Below, one piece after another: positions 10,539-22,815 of a stretch of 64,000 bases of DNA. A program made the position numbers and the translations under genes. Below the pieces are notes generated by a model, which saw nothing but the letters and a program-made list of their open reading frames with translations, was not told where the DNA came from and did not search any database. This stretch comes from Prasinococcaceae sp. CCMP 1430 (taxonomy: Eukaryota > Plantae > Prasinodermophyta): positions 790,251-854,250 of the forward strand of contig RQSC01000027.1 in assembly GCA_013416795.1 (NCBI GenBank). The letters run 5' to 3'. The stretch's first letter is position 1; the number at the start of each line of letters is the position of its first letter.

Positions 10539-11237
10539 TCAACGCCGAGGCGGCATCAGCACCGCGCCGGGTCCGAGCCCCTCAGCGGGCAGCGGGTCGG
10601 CGAACTCTGGCGCGCTCGTGTCTGGCGCGATGTCGTACTCGTAGAGCGATGCCGGCGGCGGCGGTGGCGCACTCGAGTGCGCCGCGTCCTCCCCTCGCGG
10701 CGGGCCCCCTCGGGCGTCTGCCCTGCCCGCGGATGGGAGCGCAGCGCCACCCGGGCCCGCCGTGCCCACACCCGCTCCGGCGCCCCGCATCGGCACCCGC
10801 GCTGCGGTTTCACTGGGACCTCACGGACGGAGGGTGGTTGCGAGCCGCGGCGCGCAGGGCGCGGGCGAGCGAGCGCCACGGTGCCACCGAGCGCGCCCTC
10901 TGTGTGCGGCGCGTCTGCGCACCCGCACTCGAAAACTCCCGCGCTCTGACGATCCCGCCCGCTCGCTGGCCCGCCCGCACGCCCGCGCGACCCGCCGCCG
11001 CGGCCGCCGCTGCCCCGCGGCCGGAGCCTCGTCCTCTTCCTCCTCCTCCTCCTTCCCCTCTTCCTTCCCCTCTTCCTCCTCCGCCGTCGCGCGCGCTGTG
11101 GCGCACCCCACACACCCGCGGGTTGGACACAGCGCGCGCGCGCCCCCGCTTAGCGCCCGCGCCCGCGCCGCCTGCTGCGCTCGCGGCACCCCGCACCTTG
11201 CTGCACCCCGTCTGACTTTAAACCCTAACCCCAACAA
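10539..11237 (-). other. Possible low-complexity hypothetical gene or degraded coding region
   Basis: Coding-like patches (EEEEGKEEGKEEEEEDE; ASLYEYDIAPDTSAPEFADP) fall in different frames. No consistent gene model. Confidence 0.2.
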
Positions 11238-11824
11238 ACATGTTTGGGTTGTGGGCTCGGCGCCCTCGCTCGAGTCCCGTCCTCTGCAGGCCGGCCCGGC
11301 GGTCTCTCGCCTCCCTCAGCTTTAGATCGCGCCGCATTCGAGCGCGCGCGCGCGCGCGGCCGCGCCGCAGCGGCGGAATTCGAATTTGGCTGCTGTCCAA
11401 TTCGACGGTCCCTTTGTGTGCCTGATGAGACTCCCTCCCTTTCCGATCGATTGTGTTGTTCGTGTCTGTGCCAACGAGAAAAAGCTTCGGGCAGTCTACA
11501 GTGCATCGATCGAGGCTTCGCCTGCCTTCTTTTTTTTTTTTGCCGGTCGAGCGCGCGCGGCGGATTTCGCCTTTTGCGAAATCGATGGGTTTTCCATCGG
11601 CGCGCGTTCGCTTCGCGGCGGGGGCGGGGGGATTTCGTTCCGCAGAGTTCCCCGGGGCGCCGGGATTTTGGCGCCGATCGGGCGCCGCGCGCCGGGGCGC
11701 GGAAGCGCGCGCGCAACCAGCATGAGATTGCGTATCGCCCAGGACGGCGCAGCTGACGTGGGGCCCCACTCGGCGCGCACCGCACGGCACGGCACGCACG
11801 CGACCGCGACCCGCGCGCGCCACC

Positions 11825-13905
11825 ATGGAGGGCGATGGCGAGGTGTCGGCGCTCGTGTGCGACAACGGCTCAGGCATGGTGAAGGGTGCGTCGCGCGCCT
11901 GACGCGCGGCGGAGGGGGAGGAGGAGGCGCGCGGCGACCCCCGCCTCGACCCCCACCCCTCGCCTCCCTGCAGTGCTCGAATATTTCGGGCTCGTCGCGG
12001 AGGGGGGGGAAAAGCCGAACAGCTTGGCGCGCCAGCGCACGCGCGCGCGCAGCGTGAGCGTGCCCCCTTCCGCTCCCAAGGACAGCTGCCGCCCCCGCGC
12101 CTTGGGCCGCCGTGACTTATGGGTGCAGAGCCGTGGGCACGCGTATGCCGCGCGCGCGACCACGACGCGCGCTGCGTGGGGCGCGCGCCCCTCGCTGCGC
12201 GCGATGGGGAGGTCGCCCCGCGCAGCGTCGAACTTTTTTTGTTTCCTTTTTCACGCCGGGCTGTGCCGCGGCGCGCTGTCGCCTTCGCCGCGATGCTGAC
12301 TGCGTTCCCCGTTCCCGTCCGCGCCCCCGCGATGCTCTCGATCCTCGCAGCCGGCTTCGCTGGCGATGACGCGCCCCGCGCGGTTTTCCCCTCCATCGTC
12401 GGCCGCCCCCGCCACACTGGCGTGATGGTGCGTCGCGTCGTATTGCGCCTCGCCATGTGCGTGCGCGCGCGTCCCGTCCTGCTGCGTGTGCCCTTTTTTG
12501 AATTCGAAGCGCACAGCCACGCCGCGCCCGGGCCTCGACGGGAGCGATTGGCCTGGTGCGGACCCCTCAAGCGTGGCGGCCAGAGCCGTGGTCTATGCCG
12601 CCGTGGTTGCCGGCAAGCCGTGTGAGGCCGCTTGGCCATGCGGCCGATGCGGCGATGCGCGGCCGTGCGCGGCGGTGCGCTGGCGACGGTTGGCGCTCGA
12701 GCTCGTGCCGATGGGCACTCGCAGTGCTCGCGCGCCCGCTGAGCCTGTCCTTGCGGGCGCGGCGTTTTAGTCGCTCCCGCAGATCGAGCGGGCCAGCATT
12801 GCTTTGAGCAGTGCGCGGCCTTACGCCCGCGATGTTGCCGCGCGTCACTGACGCGCGTGCTGCCACACTTATTCCTCGCTCCGTCGTGTTTTGTGCTGCG
12901 CGCCCACAGGTCGGCATGGGCCAGAAGGACTCGTACGTCGGCGATGAGGCCATGTCCAAGCGCGGTATCCTCTCGCTCAAGTACCCGATCGAGCACGGCA
13001 TCGTGACCAACTGGGACGACATGGAGAAGATCTGGCACCACACCTTCTACAACGAGCTGCGCGTGGCCCCCGAGGAGCATCCCGTGCTGCTCACTGAGGC
13101 CCCGCTTAACCCCATGGCCAACCGTGAGAAGATGACCCAGATCATGTTCGAGACCTTCAACGTCCCGGCCATGTACGTCGCCATCCAGGCCGTGCTGTCG
13201 CTGTACGCCTCGGGTCGCACTACTGGTATTGTGCTCGACTCGGGCGACGGTGTGACCCATACTGTGCCCATCTATGAGGGCTACGCGCTGCCGCACGCCA
13301 TCCTGCGCATCGACCTCGCGGGCCGTGACCTCACCGACGAGCTCATGAAGATCCTCCTTGAGCGCGGCTACTCGTTCACTACCACCGCCGAGCGTGAGAT
13401 TGTGCGCGACATCAAGGAGAAGCTCGCGTACGTGGCGCTCGACTACGATCAGGAGATGAGCTCCGCGGCGTCGTCGAGCTCGATTGAGAAGAGCTACGAG
13501 ATGCCCGACGGCCAGGTCATCGTCATCGGCAACGAGCGCTTCCGCTGCCCCGAGGTGCTCTTCAACCCCGCTATGGTCGGCATGGAGTCTGCAGGCATCC
13601 ACGAGACCACTTACAACTCGATCACGAGGTGCGACGTCGACATCCGCAAGGACCTGTACGGCAACATCGTGCTGTCGGGCGGCTCCACCATGTTCCCGGG
13701 CATCGCTGACCGCATGAACAAGGAGATCAGCGAGCTGGCGCCCTCGTCCATGAAGATCAAGGTCGTGGCCCCGCCCGAGCGCAAGTACTCCGTGTGGATC
13801 GGCGGCTCCATTCTCGCTTCGCTCTCCACCTTCCAGCAGATGTGGATCGCCAAGTCCGACTACGAGGAGTCCGGCCCGGGCATCGTGCACCGCAAGTGCT
13901 TCTGA
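11825..13905 (+). CDS. ACT1: Actin, 3 exons (11825-11885, 12351-12427, 12910-13905)
   Basis: Spliced product [59 protein letters not shown]...IVHRKCF. Both introns have GTGCGT donors and CAG acceptors. Confidence 0.98.
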
Positions 13906-13948
13906 GCAATTGGCTTAGAAGGCACTTGTAGCAGCGCGGCACGGGGCT

Positions 13949-13953
13949 TGTAA
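13949..13953 (+). terminator. TGTAA green-algal polyadenylation element downstream of actin
   Basis: TGTAA about 45 nt after the stop. The same pentamer follows the stops of DUF72 (40606), Wss1 (44483) and the PhyH-like gene (47826). Confidence 0.65.
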
Positions 13954-14115
13954 CAGCAGCACACTGCAGAGAATGAGCGGGAAATCTGTACTACTACGTA
14001 CGTAAAATGTGGACGCACTGAGCACCGGTACGCATCGCTCACTACGGGCACATCGCTCGATGTGCCTCGCCACCGCCACGCCCGTCACCTGCTTCGCAGC
14101 CCGTCCCCGCTCGGC

Positions 14116-14116
<1 letters not shown>

Positions 14117-14152
<36 letters not shown>
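14117..14152. repeat. Poly-C homopolymer (36 nt)
   Basis: Read directly in the actin-kinesin intergenic region. Confidence 0.9.
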
Positions 14153-14154
<2 letters not shown>

Positions 14155-14956
14155 TCCTTGTCCTCGACGCCCTCGTTGCCGCCGTCGCTCTCACGCAGTG
14201 CCCTCGTGCGCGTTGAAGGGGGCTTCAGCTCCCCCATCGCCTCCCCACACCCACACGCAACGAGGAGCAGCTGCCGCTAGCCGACCGTTCACGAGTGCAT
14301 CGTTTCCGCGGAATTCACCCTTGCCTCAGCCCCTTTGATATCAAAACACTCGCTGAAAAGAACAGCGGATTGAATTTCGAACACGGTCGCGCCCCCTGAA
14401 AACGCGATTTCGATCGGAGCCGTTGGGCGCCATCGGAGCGCCCATCAAAAACGCACGCGCCGCAATCAAAACGCACGCGATTCGCGCGAGGGTGGGGGGC
14501 AGTCGAAAATCGGCCGTTGCGGGCGATCCCCATCAAAACGCATTCGCCCCCCCCCATGCGCGCGCGCGCGCACCGCGGCGGGGGCCGCGAAAGCGGCGGG
14601 GCGCGAAACGACGCCGTCCGGCAGGCCCCGGAACAATTCCGTTTTCTGCCGGGGAAGCGAGGTGTGTCCCCACGCAACGACGGGTGGCGCCTGGGCCATT
14701 TCGCGCGCCACGGCCGCGGTTTCGCGCGGTGTCACGCGGTTTGGCACGCGCGGAACTCAGCGGGTTGGTTCAAACACGCGGCTGCTGGTGGCGCCGGGAG
14801 TGAGGCGGAAAGGGGGAGGGGGGGCAGGGACCGGGGGAGTGCCACAGTGCGCGCTGCGCAGGCCTGCCTCGGCGGTCGGGTCAGCGGGTAGCTGGTGAAG
14901 GAGGCGCGCGCACCGCGCGTCGGACGGCGGCTGCTCCTCCATCGCGCGGGCGCGCG

Positions 14957-17900
14957 ATGGAGGAGCCCGCGCCGTCGCCCGCGCCGGCGGCGACGCCGAA
15001 GTCGCGAGAGCAGCTGCTGCGTGAGTGGCAGGAGGCCAAGCGCACCGCGACGGGATCCAAGGAGAACGGCGGCGTGGCGAGCCGCACGCGGCACGCTGGC
15101 AAGAGCGAGGTACGCGAAGCCCATTCCGCGCGCTGCCGCCACGGACGCGGCCGCGGCGCGGCACGGCGCGATGAGAGCCCGCCTTTTGCGCGGTGCATAG
15201 CTGTGCGCCATCTTCCCCATGCTCGCGACGATAGGACAAAAATCGCGGGACGCTGCGCATGCGGTGCGCTGACGCCAGCGGCTCCTTTGTGCTCTACTCG
15301 TCCCCTCCCCCTACCCCATACGCCTTCAACCCCACCCCTCAAACCTGCGGCACACGCATGCGCATGCGCAGGACGAGGCCAATGGCACGCCGTCCTCGGG
15401 CACGGCGCCGCTCAGTGCCCGCGACATGAACACCGGGTCGGGTGCCGCCAACGGGGCTAAGAAGCAGGGGCTCAATGCACTGCGCTCCAAGGTGGACCTG
15501 CTCAAGCGGCAAAGCGTCGCCAACGAGAACCTGCGCCGCGAGTCCCTCGCAATTGGCGGCCCCGGTGGGCACCGTGGTCTGCTGCCGCTGGACGAGCTCG
15601 AGGCGATCAACAATGAGGCGGCCGGTGCGCCGTGTGGGGACGGACGCACCGTTCGCGCGGCCGCCGACAAGCACTTCTACGATCCAGCCTTTGCAAAGGA
15701 CGTGAAGACGGCGCTGTTTGCAAAGGTGAAGGCGAGCAAGAAGGAGCCTGAGCGCCAGAAAGAGGAGCTCGTGCAGATGGTCCACATGCTCCGCGCGACG
15801 CTGCGCGGATCGCAGGAGCGCATGGACAGGATGGTGAAAGAGCTCGTGGATGCTGAGAAGGGCTTCGCCGCAGCCTTCAGGAATGAAGCAGACAATGCGG
15901 AGAAGAGCCTCAAGGGCCAGTGGGAGGCCAAGATGGAAGAGGTGAACCAGCGCATGGCGCGTCTACAGGAGGCAGAGGCGGCGCTCACGTCCAAGGAGGA
16001 GAACCTCGAGAACGAGCGCCAGCATGTCGCCCAGGAGGAGCGCGGCCGCGCGGTGGAGAGTGCGCAGCAGCGTATTGAGCGCGATCGCGCCGAGCTCAAG
16101 GAGCTCAAGCGCACCCTCGATGAGCGCGAGCGCGAGCTTCGCGTCGCTGCAGAAGAGGTCGAATCCGAGGAGTCCGACCTCCGCCAGGGCATGGCGCGCG
16201 TTGCCGCCGAGGCTGAAGCCGAGCGCGAGCGCGCCAACGGCCTGCAGGATGACCTCGACAAGCTTCAGGCGAGCAGCGAGGCCGCCGCGGCCGCTGCAGA
16301 GCAGAAGATGGCCGAGATGCGCACTGAGATGGCCGACGCACTTGCGGCAGCCGAGGCGCGTCTGTCCGAGTCGCTCACTGCCCAGGCTATGGAGCTCGCC
16401 GGCAAGGCGGAGGAGGAGCTGGCTACCACCGTCGAGGCAGTCCGCGAGGAGGCCGCCCGCGAGCAGACCAAAGCGCTCGAGGAGCTCAAGGAGTCCCTCG
16501 AGAAGGCCGCATCTGAGGCTGCTGAGTCCGCAGCCGAGGCGAAGGAGGAGGCGCTCGAAGCCCTGCGTGCGGAGCTCAGCTCGCAACACGAGGCGGCTAC
16601 GATGGAGCAGTCCATGGACATGCGCTCTCAGCACGAGGCTGCTATGGAGTCGCTGCGCAGCGAGCTCCAGGCTGCGTCCGCCAAGCAGCTTGAGGCGGAG
16701 CTCGCGAGCGCCGCTGCCGAACACGCCGAGGCAGTCGCCGCCGTCAAGGCCGAGCACGAGACCGCCATGCAGGAGCTGACCGCGAAGGCCGACGCCGAGC
16801 TGCGCGAGTCGCTCATGAATGCGAGCTCGAGCAACGAGGCCGCTGCGAAGGAGCTCGAGTGCCGCATCCGGAGCGAGTGCAAGACTGACAAGGAGGCGGC
16901 CATTGCCGCGCTTCGCGAGGAGCTCAGCGATGAACGCGTCGCCGCTCTTGAGGAGGCTGACGCCGAGGCCAAGGACGTCATGCAGTCTGCGCTGGAGAAG
17001 GCTGCCCTGGAAGCCGAGGAGGAGCGCGAAGCAGCGCTCGAAGAGGCCAAGGAGGAGGCCCAGGCTGCCATGGAGGCTGCGCTGGAGGAGGCTGCCGCCG
17101 AGGCCGCCACTGAGCGCGCATCTGCGCTCAGCCAGGCCGCCGCTGAGGCCGCTGAGGCCATGGAGGCGGCTCTCAAGGCCGCTGCTGACAAGGCGCAGTC
17201 CGATCTTGAGGCGGCCCTGGAGAGTCAGGCTGAGACCAACGCGACGGATCTCAGTGCTGCTAAGGCGGCACTTGCGGCCGGCATGACGCTGGAGAAGGGC
17301 GAGGCGCTTGCGTCCCTAGAGGCTGAGATGCAGCAGGCCCTCGAGGTCGCGGAGGCCGAAAAGACTGCTGCCCTGCAGGAGGCGCGCGACACGGCTGCCG
17401 CAGAGCTTGAGGCTGCCCTCAGCTCACAGGCTGACGAGAAGGGCACGGACAAGGCTGATGCGCTGGCTGCTCTGACTGAGGCAAAGGACGCAGAGAAGGT
17501 TGACGCACTCGCCACCCTTGCGCAGGAGAAGGACGCCGCGAAGGCTGACGCGCTCGCCGCCCTCACTGAGGAGAAGGACGCGGAGAAGGCCGAGGCGCTT
17601 GCTGCCCTCACCGAGGAAAAGGACAGCAGCGCCGCCGAGGCACTCGCTCAGGCTGCCGCCTCGCTTGAAGAGGCGCTCGCGAAGGCCGCAGCCGACAAGG
17701 CTGAGGCGCTCGACGAGGTTCGCGAAGAAGCTGCCAACAGGATCACAGAGCTCTCTGCCGCCGGCGAAGCAGGCCTCTCGGAGGCCCTCGCGAGTGCCTC
17801 ACAGGCCAAGGCCGATGCGCTCGCCGCCCTCGCCGAGCAGAAGGATGCGGAGAAGGCCGAGGCGCTTGCCAAGGCGGCGGTGGAGCTCGAAGGGGCCATG

Positions 17901-20801
17901 GCTGATGAGGCCGAGAAGATGGCAGAGGCCCTAGCGGCCGCTGCCGCGGAGCAGAAGACAAAGCTTGAGGAAGCCGCCCTGGAGAAGAGCGAAGCCCTCG
18001 AAACGGCCCAGGTCGAATTGACGAAGGCACTGGACGACCAGCGCCGCACCATGCAGGCTGAGCAGGCCAAGGCGCTTGCCGACGCAGAGGTGGAAGCTGC
18101 GCGTGAGAAGACCGAGGCGATCGCAGAGCTGAAGCAGCATCTGATGAACGCCAACACCGAGTCGGCAGCAGCTCTGGCGAGCGCCGCCGAGGCCACGCGC
18201 GATGCCGCGCTTCAGGAGCTGCGTGCAACCCTCGAAAACAACCACGCTTCGCAGATGGACACCGCGCTCGCCGAGGCAGCGAGCAAGGCTGCCGAGGAGC
18301 TCGCGGCGGTAAACGAGACTCATGCAGGCGTCGTGTCTGACTTCGAGGCCAAGATCGAGCAGCTCCACACCGAATCCGCGGAGGCGGCCGCCGCTGCCGC
18401 TGAGGTGCGCAAGTCGCTCGAGACCACCGTTGCGGAGCTCGAGGGGCGCGTTGAATCGCTCGGCAAGTCAGGCGACGAGGTGGCCAGCGAGGCCGCAACC
18501 CTTAAGGCCGAGCTTGCTGTCAAGATGGCCGAGCTCGACAGGGAGATCGAGGCGCGTGCCGAAGACAAGGCTGCGGCCGAGAAGGCTGCCGAGGAGGCCG
18601 CTGCGGAAACGGCGTCGCTCGAGGGCAAGGTGGCTGCCCTGAGCAAGGACGGCGCCTCGGCCCAGCAGGCCGCTGAGGCCGAAATCGCCAGCCTCAAGGA
18701 GCAGATCGCGACGAAGACAGAGGAGCTCGCGGCTGAGACGGAGTCGCGCGCTGCCGAGAAGGAGGCTGCCATCAAGGCTGCTGAGGAGGCCTCGGCCGCC
18801 CAGGCTGACCTCGAGGCAAAGGTCGCTGCGCTCAGCGCCGACGGTGAGTCGGCGCAGAAGGCCGCTGAGGAGAAGGTTGCTGCTCTCAACGCGGAGATCG
18901 AGACAGCTCGCGCGGACACTGCTGCCGCGGCGGCGGCGGCGGGCACGGCGGCTGAGGAGGCTGCCGCCGAGCACCAGCGCCTGCAGGACGAGCTCGCGTC
19001 CAGCCGCGACGCGGCGAGCGCACTCAAGGAGGAGCTCGAGGGCAAGGTCTCCAAGCTGGAGGCGCAGCTTTCGGACGAGAGCATCAAGCTCGCCGAGGCC
19101 GAGGCCGCGCGCGAGGCTGCCGTCGAGGAGGCCAGCAAGTCGAATGCCGACCTTATTGAGCGCAACGCCCAGCTGACGGCAAAGGTCGACGAGGCGGAGG
19201 GCCGCGTCGAGGGCATCATTGCTACCCTCAACAGCGAGAAGGACGAGTCGGAGCGCCTGCGCCAGGAGTGCGCTGGCCACCTCGCCACCATCAGGGCAAA
19301 GGAGACTCAGATCGACGAGAAGAAGGCCGAGATGGAGCAGCTGAAGAGCGAGTGCGCCGCCGAGGTTGCCGCGATGAAGGAATCGCTAGGCAAGACGGAC
19401 GAGGAGCGCAACGAGCTGCTGCAGAAGGCCGCGCGCGAGAAGGATGCCCTGCGCAGGGAGATTGCAAGGCTCGAGGTGGTGGTCCAGCGGATCGACGAGG
19501 TCGAAGATCAGCTACTCGAGGCGGAGGCTGAGCGCCGGAAGCTGCATAACGCAATCCAGGAGCTGCGGGGCAACGTGCGCGTGTTCGCCCGTGTACGCCC
19601 GCTAGCCGCGAGCGAGGGCGAGAGCTGCGTGGATCCCTCGCACGATGGGCTTGGGCTGTGCGTGACGGCGCCCAACAAGAAGGGTGGCGACGCGCAGGAT
19701 TACCATTTCTCGTTCGACCGCGTCTTCGGCTTCGAGGCGAAGCAGGAGGACGTGTTCGACGAGGTGTCCGGGCTGGTGCAGAGCGCACTCGACGGGTACA
19801 AGGTGTGCCTGTTTGCATACGGACAGACGGGCTCGGGTAAGACGCACACGATGCTGGGTCAGGCGGGCGAGCTGCGCGGCATCATCCCGCGCACTGTTGA
19901 GAAGGTACTCAACGAGGCCGAGAGGAAGTCGCAGAAGGGCTGGAACTTTGAGATGGAGGCCTCGTACGTCGAAATCTACAACGAGAAGATCCGCGACCTG
20001 CTTGACGCTGGCAGCACGCATTCGGACACGCACACCGTCTCGCACAACCCGGCTGGTGGGTGCCCGGAGGTGACGGGTGTGGTGCGCGAACCCGTGCCGA
20101 CCGCGGACGCCGCCGCCGCCCTGGTGCGCCGCGCAGCCGCCGCGCGCTCGGTGGAGGCCACACGCATGAATGCGACGTCGAGTCGCTCCCACACGCTGTT
20201 CATGCTGTACATTACAGGCGAGCACGAGGCCGCGGGCACACGCCTCGCGGGCTGCCTGGTGCTCGTTGACCTGGCGGGTTCCGAGCGCGTGGCCCGCTCT
20301 GGCGCAGAGGGTGCGCGTCTCAAGGAGGCGTGCGCGATCAACAAGTCGCTCAGTTCGCTGGGCGACGTCTTCACCGCCATCTCCAATGGCCAGAAGCACG
20401 TTCCCTTCCGCAACAGCAAGCTTACCCACCTGCTGCAGCCCTGCCTCAGCGGCGATGGAAAGACGCTTATGTTCGTCAACCTCAACCCCCACACGGCGAG
20501 CGCTGAGGAGACGCTCTGCTCCATGCGATTTGCGAGCCACGTCAACACTGTGGAGCTCGCCAAGAACGGCAGCCGCGCCAAGCGCAACGTGGTCAGCATC
20601 AACAAGGAGGACGACGGTGCTGCGGGTCCGCGGCCCACACCCGGGATCGCGCGCACCGGCTCGCGCCTCAACGCAGCCTCGCGCGGCCGACCCAGCACAG
20701 CGCCCGCGAACGGCGCGCGCAACACCAGCCCGGGCAAGCGGACGCGCACGGGCGGGCTGCCCGCACCCACGCCGCGGGACTCCAAGCGCGGCCGCATGTA
20801 A
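14957..20801 (+). CDS. Kinesin-14 (C-terminal motor, KAR3/ATK1/NCD type) with a very long coiled-coil stalk; 2 exons (14957-15109, 15372-20801), about 1860 aa
   Basis: Neck ERRKLHNAIQELRGNVRVFARVRP, P-loop AYGQTGSGKT, switch I NATSSRSH, switch II DLAGSE. Donor GAG|GTACGC and acceptor GCGCAG| join in frame. Confidence 0.95.
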
Positions 20802-21000
20802 GTGGCTCGCTGGCGCACTCCGCGCGCCGCCTGCCGTGCGTCAGCGATAGCGGCGGCACAGTGCCGCCAGTAACACTGGGTAACATACATACACTTGTAT
20901 GACACAGCATGCGCCCCTTCGAGCTCGCGCAGTCCTGCCTACCCCGCTGGCGAGTCCGCCACCCAATCTTGCGTGTGTACACTCCCACCCAAGCGACCTT

Positions 21001-22649
21001 TCACTGCCCTCCGGCGAGCAGAAGCTTGGCCTCGTCCAACAGCTGCTGCAGCGATGCCTCGGCGGCATCGAGCGCGTTGAGCGCATCCTCTGGCTCGGCG
21101 TCGAGTGACGCGCCGGCGCGCGTCGTGGCATCCAGCTCGCGCGTGCGCCTGGAAAATACCAGCGACAGCTCCTGCAGGCGCGCACCCTGAGTGATCGCGA
21201 GCGTACGCGTGGTGTAGGCGGCATCACTGTCAGGTACGCGTGTCATGAATAGCCTGTCGCTCCAGGACGCTCACCCACACCTGTAGGAGCGCAGATGCAC
21301 GCCAGGGCCGCACCTTCTCCTCGCCAAACTCCTCGAGCGCCGCCCACGGCAGGTAGAAGGCAGCCTATTTCAGCTCGCGCCGAGTCAGGCGGCGCGGTTA
21401 GTCCTGTCAGCGCTGCGCGTGCATTTCGGTAAGCAAGCGCGATGGCTTCGGGGGGCGGAGAGGACCAAGCGCGCGCGGGCGAAGGCAGCAGATGCAAAAC
21501 ATCGATCTGAAATGTACCGCGATGATTCCGGTTGGCGACGCCTGGGATCACGTACCTGCACGACGTCATCACACGGGGCGATGACGAGCGAGTCAGCGAG
21601 GCGCGCGAGGTCCGAGTAAGGCGCGTCGCCCTCCGCGACGGCGGCCATGCCGTTTCGTAGGATGTTGTCGTACGCAGGCAGCGCGGCCTCGAGGGCGGCC
21701 ACGTAGGCGCGCACCGTCAGGGCTGGCCTCACGGGCGATGCGCGCATGTCACGCGCAAGCACGGCGCGCGCGTCGTCACCCTCGCCGGCGACGGCAGCGT
21801 GGGCGCCCAGCGCACCAGCAAGCGACGCAAGCGGCGCCAATACGGCCGCTCGGCGAGAGTGGCCGCCAGACGTGCGCGCGCGCGCCTGAGCGGGGCGCGG
21901 TTCCGACGCGACGACGACGCACGGCCCCAAGGACACTGCGAGCATCGCCGGACCATCGAGGAGCGCCGCGGCATCGCTGCCTTCGGCGGCGGCGCCCTCG
22001 ACGCGCACGCGCGCCGTCGGTGCGAGGCGCGCGACCCCAGATACGAGCGGCACGAGCAGGTCGTACACGCAAAGGTTGCCTGCGGAGCCGCTGAGCGACG
22101 GAAGCGGCAGCGATAGCGTGCTCGCTGCGGATGCGTCGGGCACGTCATCCGAAGCGGTGCCCTCGCTGGGCAGCAGCACCTCTGGCACGCGCACACTCGG
22201 CCTGGCCTCGCCCTCGAGCGTGAAGACGATGTCATCGTCGCCGTTGCGCGCGAGATCGATGTCGGCGAGCACGGTGTCCGCATGGCCGAACACATCGCGC
22301 CCCGCAGCGACAGCGCCAGCGCTCGTAACGAGCAGCGGCCGAGGCCACGCGCCGAGCGTCAGCGAGCGCGGCGCAAGTGCCAGGCCTGCCATCAGCGCGC
22401 ACTCCTTGTACGGCCCCAGCGGTGAGTCGTCCCATGCCGCCACGAAAATGCCGCCCAGTGTCCAGCCGAAGAGGCTCAGGCGAACGAGCGAGTCGGGCGA
22501 GCGTGCCGCGGCCGCCTCGGCTCGGCAAAGGTGCAGCTGGTACCAGCACCGCGCGCGCAGGTTGTACGGCGCCGGAGGCGGCGCCGGCCGCTCCGCCGCC
22601 GCCGCCGNCCCAAACACACGCCGCCGCCCGCGGGAGCGCCGGCGCGCAT
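21001..22649 (-). CDS. NXD1: NEOXANTHIN-DEFICIENT 1-like protein fused in frame to a Tat-signal-bearing helical (PsbQ-like?) domain; multi-exon
   Basis: PY.L...WYQLHL...FGWTLGGIFVAAWDDSPLGPYKE...GAW...LLVTS...GRDVFG matches NXD1 as I recall it. Downstream exons 21364-21314 (AAFYLPWAALEEFGEEK) and 21186-21001. The start is uncertain because of an N at 22609. Confidence 0.75.
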
Positions 22650-22815
22650 CACCCGGTGGGAGGCTTTGCCCTCGCTGCCAGTGGTGCGCCGCGCGCGCGC
22701 CCGCTGGCGCGCGCACCCGTGCGCACTCGGCCGGGCGGGCCGGTGGTTTCGCGGGCAGGCGGGCGGGAGGGCCTGTTGAGGGAATAGGGGGGCGGGGGGG
22801 AGGCCAGCAGCCGCG

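Noticed and set aside
11218-13890. 890-aa antisense ORF over actin, and similar long shadow ORFs (e.g. 2679-4670, 31256-32965)
   Set aside because: Expected from high GC and strong codon bias on the sense gene. The translations have no recognisable domains.
17445-17630. 45-bp repeats as a CRISPR-like or mobile array
   Set aside because: They are in-frame coding repeats of the kinesin stalk, with no spacers.
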